Part shown: in pieces, positions 56,130 to 64,000 of the stretch | Layout of the letters: the number at the start of each line of letters is the position of its first letter | How positions within the stretch are numbered: the stretch's first letter is position 1 | NCBI GenBank assembly: GCA_964016885.1 | Contig: OZ024743.1 | Location: 358,112,001-358,176,000, forward strand | From: Eledone cirrhosa | Lineage: Eukaryota | Direction of reading: 5' to 3' | Length of the DNA: 64,000 bases | Translations under genes and position numbers: made by a program | The notes under the pieces: generated by a model | What the model was told of the DNA's origin: nothing | Database searches by the model: none | What the model saw: only the letters and a program-made list of their open reading frames with translations

Positions 56130-56314
56130 TGTTTCTAGTTTAGGCACAAGGCCAGCAATTACCCAGTTCATTACTGGTACTTTATTTTATCGACCCCGTA
56201 AGGATGAAAGGCAAAGTCAACCTCGGTGGGATTTGAACTCAGATCGTAAAGGGACGTAACTATGCTGGAAAGTCTGGCGTCCGACCCTCTAGCGATACTG
56301 CCAATACACCGCCC
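56128..56314 (-). mobile_element. Full-length SINE in the (AAT)n tail of the R4 element
   Basis: Similarity to 17351-17540. Confidence 0.88.
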
Positions 56315-56525
56315 TTGGTAGTAGTCAAATAATGTACTTGGAATTAAGTTCATCTGTTGAGAATACTCTACGTACGTCTTACTTAGATTGATGCTGTGAT
56401 TATTTTAACTATTTACGGTCTAAGCTAATTTATTCGCGTATCGTTGGTATTGTTGGTATTGTTATTATTGTTCTGATTTAATGCCACTTCTATATATAGA
56501 AGCCATGCCTATGTATTGCCTTCAT

Positions 56526-56646
56526 TCTCGCATGCTCTGATGAATTGACTGGTTATAACAAAGTATTGGTGATCGATTGACGCGAAAACAGGCGGGTAGC
56601 GATCTCTAGACCTACCAGTTCGGAGAAACAATTGTCAGCAATGAGA
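56526..56646 (+). ncRNA. Type I hammerhead ribozyme, canonical core, expanded stem II
   Basis: tgct-CTGATGA-attgactggt...accagttcgga-GAAA-caattg-TC-agca; predicted cleavage after 56636. Confidence 0.78.
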
Positions 56647-56865
56647 TTAAAAACCTTTTTTGTATGGCAAACCATGTCACTCTTCTTTCTTGATTTATTA
56701 TTACTCCAAGTGTAAACTACATAGAAATCACCGCGTACTCGCAGCATCACTATGGAAACGTCTTGTTGAGTCAAACTTAGCCAAGCGTTAATACTATCCA
56801 CTACCCCGAGTACCCTAACTGGACTACATCTAAGTGGACTACCTATAACAATCATTTGTTATCCC

Positions 56866-56883
56866 GTATATATATATATTTTA

Positions 56884-56929
<46 letters not shown>

Positions 56930-56931
56930 TA

Positions 56932-56969
<38 letters not shown>

Positions 56970-56970
56970 A

Positions 56971-57010
<40 letters not shown>

Positions 57011-57011
57011 A

Positions 57012-57069
<58 letters not shown>

Positions 57070-57070
57070 A

Positions 57071-57110
<40 letters not shown>

Positions 57111-57111
57111 A

Positions 57112-57173
<62 letters not shown>

Positions 57174-57178
57174 TAAAA
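56866..57178. repeat. (TA)n punctuated by a repeated TTTTACT unit, last unit inverted
   Basis: About six ttttactt(at)n units, then aagtaaaa at 57171. Confidence 0.85.
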
Positions 57179-57262
57179 GGGGTATTTAATTTGTTGGAAA
57201 TCCGACAAATATACAAATATAAATATAAATGTTTATAACTATATATATATATATAATATATA

Positions 57263-57385
57263 TGTGAAGGCGTGTGGCTGAGTGGTTAGAGAATTGTATT
57301 CGCAATCGTAAGGTTGTGAGTTCGATTCCTGGACCAGGCGATGCGTTATGTCCTTGAGCAAGACACTTTATTTCACGTTGCTCCT
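57263..57385 (+). mobile_element. tRNA-derived CORE-like SINE head
   Basis: A-box TGGCTGAGTGG, B-box GAGTTCGATTCC, then gtccttgagcaagacact. Confidence 0.75.
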
Positions 57386-57534
57386 TCTACCTGGAGTTGC
57401 GACCGATAGATAGTATTAGCAATTGGAAAGACCAACGGAAACAGTGTTCCCTCGGTCCGATTTGACAAAAAAGTCGATCGTTCCTATATATATATATATA
57501 TAATATATATATATATATATACAGATCGAGATGT

Positions 57535-57690
57535 TTTGAGATATTGAGTTCGAATTCCGTTGAGGTCAAAGCTGCTTTTCATCCTTCCAGGGTCGATAAA
57601 ATATAGGACCAGTCAAGTTCTGGTGTGGATATAATTGAATTTCTCCTCTGTCCAAATTGCTGGCCTGGTGTCTAAATTAGAAACTATTAT
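57535..57690 (+). mobile_element. Diverged Meta-like SINE 3' part
   Basis: gagttcgaattcc, ttttcatccttccagggtcgataaaat, tail attagaaactatt. Confidence 0.65.
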
Positions 57691-58296
57691 GACCACACCA
57701 GAAAAACAGAACTCAATGTTAGGATGGCACCCCAGAATAGTATATTTTCTAAATAATTCTAATTCTCTACACCAACCAGCGTGTAGTCTTGAACATTTGC
57801 TTAATGATTCTTCAGTCACGATTACAGCAGATACAAGGAAGCCTTTACTTAGTCAATGACAATTATTATTTTTCCTTCACTGTATAATTATATCTAGTTT
57901 GCATTTTAAAACCCTCTATATCATTGCCACGAAAACTAAGCTATAACTACTGTACGATCTCAAATATGTTATATAATCAGTTGTAAAAAGGTCGATTAAC
58001 TGAGGTTATTACTACAGTGGGTAGATAAAAAAAAAACATTAAGAATTGCTCAAAATCTAAAACCAACAAGAAATAAAATTGAAACTGTTGATAATATAGA
58101 AAGTGCAGCATACGATCTGGTCTAGAAATCCAACTGATGAACATGTCTCGGTATTATTTAATATAGGTGTAACTACGGTTTGTTTGTTTTTTAATCATAA
58201 ACATCACAATGAAAAGGAATAAGTGTAAACACGCCTCGTTACTCCCTTCGTACACAAAAGATGAAAAAAAGAAAGAAATTGGCTGTTCATCAGAAG

Positions 58297-58337
<41 letters not shown>

Positions 58338-58839
58338 AACACAACTCACAGCATACAGACATGTTCATGCATACATACATATACACACATAGAGAGTAGT
58401 GTAAAGGACACGGTTACGTGAGAACTCTACTTCTGCCACGAGATAATCACCTATTACTTTATTACTTGTTCTTCATCAACAAATTACACCATCAGCACTT
58501 CTTTTCTTGCAGCCATGTTTGTTTTAGTTTCCATTTTGTTTTCTTACTCTTCAATTCTTTTCTCTCTTAACTTGTTATCCAGCTATTCACTTTGTATATT
58601 AGTTGGGCTTTTTTCAATCATTGTTTAATATATTTTTGTGCTTTTATTTATTCATTTATAAGTTTGTTTATTTTTCTTTCGATACTTCCATTTTATATAT
58701 TATAGTTTTTCTCTTATCTGATTCACACATTTGTTTTTCTCTCTATTCATTTTTCTCCTTTTTCTCCAAATCGTATGTCAGCATCTAAACACTCGCACAC
58801 TGAGATAAACACACACGCATTTACACAGACACACACTCA

Positions 58840-60240
<1,401 letters not shown>

Positions 60241-61649
60241 AAACATTTCTACCACACAATGCGACGAAATGTCGAGTCGAAAGTTTCTCACCTTACTCAT
60301 AGCCGCACCCACCCTTGCTCAATTGCTATCACCTTTTATGTCCACTATTCATAAATAATTTTCTCTTATTACTGTCGTTTGGTTTCGGTCAAGTCATACA
60401 AGTGCACAGCTAAGATCTACAGTAATTCTGTAACAAAAACATACCACTGATAAAACATCCCCGTAAACATCATCAAAAAAAGATCAAAATGAAAAAAAAA
60501 CTCCATCAAAAAATCAACAGTTACAAAAGCCAATAGCCACAAAACACACAAAAGAAAATAAATATATGTAAAAAGAATGAGAGACAAAATAAAAACTACC
60601 TCGCTGTGTGTTTTCGGGTTATATTTCTATTTTAATTACGGACTTCTTGACACGAAATAAAATTGTCGACATCTAGAAAGTTTCCCGTTATTTTGTAATA
60701 ATAATATGTTCTTGTTGTTGTTGCGTTGTTTTCGTTGTTTTCGTTGTTGTTGTTGTTGTTGTTAGATACTACTTTTTCAAATAAGGACGATAATGATAAT
60801 AACGATTATGATGTTGACGATGATGATGATGATGATGATGATAATAATGATAATAATAATAATTTGGTCACACACGCACACACGCACACACACACACGCG
60901 CGTGTGTGTGTGTGTGCGTGTGTGTGTAAATATATGTGGGTATGTATGTAATTCTCTCTTCGACTCTTCTCAATCAATCAATTTATCTATCAATCCATAT
61001 AACCATCTATCTATCTACGTTGCTTCCTATCTATTTATCTATTGCATTGAAAGTAGCTGATGTAATGCACAGAAGCAATTTATCTGGACAAGTTTAATTG
61101 TAATTTGCTGCAGGCCATCACTATATAATTCTACTGACGTTTAGCTGCCAATAGAAATGGACAGATGACATGTTCCTGGTGTGAAAACTGGTCCAGGGGA
61201 AAATGAGAAATAAGAACAGAAACTACCCACCCTACAAATGTAATAAGAAAAGAAAAATATAGAAAGTTACAAGAAATATTTTTATTTTTGTTGGGAGGAG
61301 AAAGAGTATTTCATAGAGAATGAAGTGATATGTTGCAAGAAGAGATATAAAAGAAGTAGAGGAAAACAGAAAACTAGAAGAGCGGGGTTGAGGGGGGGGG
61401 GGGGGAGAGGAAGTTGATAATGAAAGAAAAAATATGAAAAATTGAGAAGAAAAGTGGAAAAATATGAAAAATAAAATATAAACAATAAATATATTGATTT
61501 CATAAAACAATATGAGTGTGTGAGCATGAGTGCAGGTTTATATATATGTATGCATGTATGAATGTATGTTGCTCTCTCTCTCTCTCGCCACTCACACACC
61601 ACATATATACACACTCTCATAAATATATATATACATATATATATATATA

Positions 61650-62200
61650 CTAGCATTAAAGCCTGGCGTTGCTCGAGGTCAGTAAGTTACCAAAGTTAGG
61701 TTGCACCACCCATTTTATGGCAGCACTTTTTTGTCTGCCAGGCACTGGGTGAATGAATTGCAGACCTGGACTGCCGAAGCAGGAGCTGCGCCAACAGTGA
61801 CAATTGTAGTTTCGCCTATGGATATTATCTCTGTGCAAAGATGTGTTGAAATTTATTGTTTCACAGTACTTGCGCAACACGCGCGTAGACGATGCCAGCC
61901 GAACAACAGAGCTGCGATGGAGTTGTTCTGCATGGTTGTCTAATGTGTGTAGGGAGGGGTGTGATATGGGGGAGAGTTAGCTGCTGTTTCTAGCAGGTTT
62001 AGTGACCTCATAGAGGATATGTTTTCTAAATTTAAGACAGTAGGGAGGGGTGATATGGGGGAGAGTTAGCTGCTGTTTCTAGCAGGTTTATTGACCTCAT
62101 AGAGGATATGTTTTCTAAATTTAAGACAGTAGGGAGTGGTGTGATATGGGGGAGAGTTAACTGATGTTTCTAGAAGGTTTAGTGACCTCATAGAGGATAT
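61650..62200 (-). mobile_element. Helitron-like 3' end with adjacent sequence; 5' boundary uncertain
   Basis: Minus strand cctcgagcaacgccagg-ctttaatg-CTAG ending at 61650, same pattern as 18922. Confidence 0.55.
61950..62200. repeat. 89-91 bp tandem repeat x2.8
   Basis: tagggag...gatatgggggagagttagctgctgtttctagcagg... at 61950, 62041, 62130. Confidence 0.9.
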
Positions 62201-62875
62201 TATTGTGTATAGTAAATGAACTGATACTTCTTTCTTCCACGTTCGTTGATAGATGTTTTAAAAAAGATTTATCGCTATTTTTTTGTTGTTGAATAATTGT
62301 TGTTTCGTATGAAGTAAATTGCCATTGAAGTAAATAAATGTTTGACCGTTCCACACTCAAAAACAAACGTTCTCTCTCTCTCTCTCTCTCCCTCCCATTC
62401 TCTCTCTCTCTCTCTTAAAGTTTAAGGGAAGTAGAGAGAGGCATTCTAATTGTATTAGAGGGGTAAAGCGTCATGTATTTAGTTTTATCGATTATTTCCG
62501 TAATTGTGGGTGAGTGTGAATGCAATAAATAGTCGTTGACCTAAGTTAGACCATTTACAACATTCTTACAGACTTTGTGTCGAATCGGTTTGAAATTGTG
62601 CAAATGTATAAACATGGAACATGCATACACACACAACAACAATCTGCCTTGTATAGATAATGATACATACATATATATAGAGAGAGAGAGGGGGGAATAG
62701 AGAGATATGTAAAATCCCGACCGCTAGGCGCCGCAGTCGGGATTTTATATATATTTATACTCACGCTGCATTGAGTACTTCCTGGTCTCATTACAGCAGA
62801 CTCTATACACACAGACACAGACACACACATATATATATCTGTATGTATATATGAATGTTTACATGTGTATGTGTG

Positions 62876-62928
<53 letters not shown>

Positions 62929-62931
<3 letters not shown>

Positions 62932-63092
62932 AACGAGTAGGACCCCGACGGCTGAGCTCAAGCTGTTTCGACGGCTAATTCTGGACTAGCCGTCGGGGTC
63001 CTACTCGTTCCTATTACCCACTCTACTACCCTAAGTATTGAGTACTTTGGTGCGTTATGGTCCACCTGGTTCCTTACCACATTTCCTTCGTT
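62929..63092. mobile_element. Short asymmetric family B palindrome in (TA)n
   Basis: Right part is the reverse complement of 22517-22620; left part is an inverted partial copy. Confidence 0.78.
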
Positions 63093-63270
63093 ATATATAT
63101 ATATTAAAATTTAGCTTTGGCATAGCTGTATACATACATGTATGTGAATTTCTTATATCTAAAGATATACGGTATGTTTAATAAATAAACATTTTGAAAG
63201 CCAAGCTATGAATTGAAAGGCTGCCGGCCAGCGCCGTTTAGCTGATTCCAGCAGAAGTCGCGAAGGATAG

Positions 63271-63309
63271 CTGTCTATGCATTTCGAGCTCTGGCCCTCA
63301 TCAGGGCAG
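63271..63309 (-). ncRNA. Minimal type I hammerhead ribozyme
   Basis: ctgcc-CTGATGA-gggc caga gctc-GAAA-tgca-TA-gacag; one mismatch in stem I. Confidence 0.72.
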
Positions 63310-64000
63310 TGCTTCCTCCTTCCTCTCTGTTATACAGCTTCGTATGCAAAAGGGGCTAATCAGCCCACGCACACCATCGAAAGAAAAATGTTTTTTCGTC
63401 TTTTTTCAAGTTCCAGCAGCCGTAGATTAGCTTGGGCTACCCTCACCCTAATAGGGACAGAATAAGTAATTTTGAGGCCCTAATCATTTAAAAGATTATG
63501 GTTCTCCCCTTATATATAATCCGCTAAAAGATGTTGGTGGGAATGACAAATACAATTTGAATAAAATTGTGTCCCTTTTGTTTTGATGCCTGTGTTTATT
63601 TTGTTTAATGGTTAATCCAGTGTGTTTGTTTCTGTATGTTAATGATGGTGAAAGTTAAACACTGCTTGTTGGGAGGTGAATTAAGAATGTGGAACATCGT
63701 ATTAATAGACTGACGTAACAATAATTTGTAAACACACTTGGTCTAAACAACAGCAAAAAAAAAAGCAGCCACTTTCACACCGAACACCACTTTCATCTCC
63801 TTATTTATTTTACCAGTAGTAGAATGGCCAGTAGTAGAATGACAAATATATATGCTGCCCAGCATCTTCGTCCAAATCATTCCGATTGGATCTGTCTCTC
63901 ATCCCCTAGTCATCCCTACTGAACCTGTGTGACTACATGAAATATCAATTATTTTCATTTATTTTCTGTTTTATCAACAACTTTAGAATTTATGCGATAT

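Noticed and set aside
57263-57345. Possible tRNA gene
   Set aside because: A and B boxes continue into SINE body sequence with no convincing cloverleaf or terminator
58135-58293. Inverted ctgatgaaca words
   Set aside because: Only 10 bp; no GAAA/stem III arrangement completes a ribozyme

Overview
Repeat-dense, AT-rich animal genomic DNA with no recognisable host protein-coding exon. The SINE types and extreme microsatellite load suggest an octopus or other cephalopod (inference). Bases 1-14.2 kb are a pile-up of non-LTR retrotransposons in (AAT)n: two R4/Dong-type RLE elements (+) alternate tail-to-tail with two Tx1/L1-clade elements (-). The rest contains Penelope-like elements (PLEs; one intact RT+GIY-YIG frame), non-autonomous Helitrons, an RTE 3' end, a third R4-like element, about 20 tRNA-derived SINEs and long simple repeats. 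The most notable signal is non-coding. About a dozen type I hammerhead ribozyme motifs from roughly six unrelated sequence families are present. Several sit in both arms of asymmetric palindromic mini-elements inserted in (TA)n. They include unusual variants: a U3:A8 core covariation, G4/C4 cores and large structured stem II insertions. A second signal is that the dominant SINE shares its 3' terminus and ATT target preference with the Tx1-clade LINE. All folds and alignments were read by eye.
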